A stretch of DNA of 64,000 nucleotides from Desulfuromonadales bacterium (lineage in GTDB: Bacteria; Desulfobacterota; Desulfuromonadia; Desulfuromonadales; SZUA-540): positions 95,597 to 159,596 of the forward strand of contig JAWSUS010000005.1 of NCBI GenBank assembly GCA_033549025.1, given 5' to 3'. The notes below the pieces were generated by a model, which was given only the letters and a program-made list of their open reading frames with translations, was not told the origin of the DNA and searched no databases. The position numbers and the translations under genes were made by a program. Every line of letters starts with the position of its first letter. Positions within the stretch are counted from its first letter, which is position 1. Positions 63,811 through 64,000 of this stretch are shown here, piece after piece.

Positions 63811-64000
63811 TCCGGCCTCCCCTATCCTTGGGTTCATGGATTGATCAACCGTCGAGATGACCCTTGGGTTCCAAGTTTATCGGTCGTCCCCCGGCTGTCA
63901 AGGTGGGCGATTTGACGATATAAAGAGCCGGCTCCAGAAATTTGAACAGCGGTATAAGTGGATAAGCCTTCCTACTTCAGGCATAGTGATGCCAGAAAAG

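Overview
GC-rich bacterial chromosome segment. Gene content and order (System II cytochrome c biogenesis, a Sec-containing SelD, a sigma-54 promoter) suggest a Desulfuromonas/Geobacter-like Desulfuromonadales organism; this is an inference. Bases 1-49 kb are mostly core genome: fba 3' end, ChaN-PDZ lipoprotein, speD, TPP-riboswitch-controlled thiED-thiC, alr, an ASKHA/RACo-like gene, purHD, resB-ccsA, ffh-rpsP-khpA-rimM-trmD-SPOUT-rplS, rnhB-yraN-nadE-rsmI, ligA, a complete dcw cluster (mraZ to ftsZ), a radical SAM gene and tpx. Bases 49-64 kb are more accessory: an AAA-ATPase/DUF2201-vWA/unknown three-gene operon, selA-selB-selD, rlmI, csp, a standalone RelA/SpoT-domain gene, two Zn-ribbon proteins, a beta-CASP nuclease and a ferritin-like protein. 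Signals missed or mis-started by the ORF track: (i) selD has an in-frame TGA (Sec16) followed by SECIS-like hairpins; (ii) a 43-aa acidic microprotein upstream of selABD has its own sigma-54 promoter and paired enhancer-like repeats; (iii) a 46-aa basic microprotein lies between csp and the RelA/SpoT gene. The DUF2201 protein also lacks the Glu of its HExxH motif. No tRNA, rRNA, CRISPR array, IS element or prophage was recognised. All calls come from reading motifs by eye; no database searches were run.
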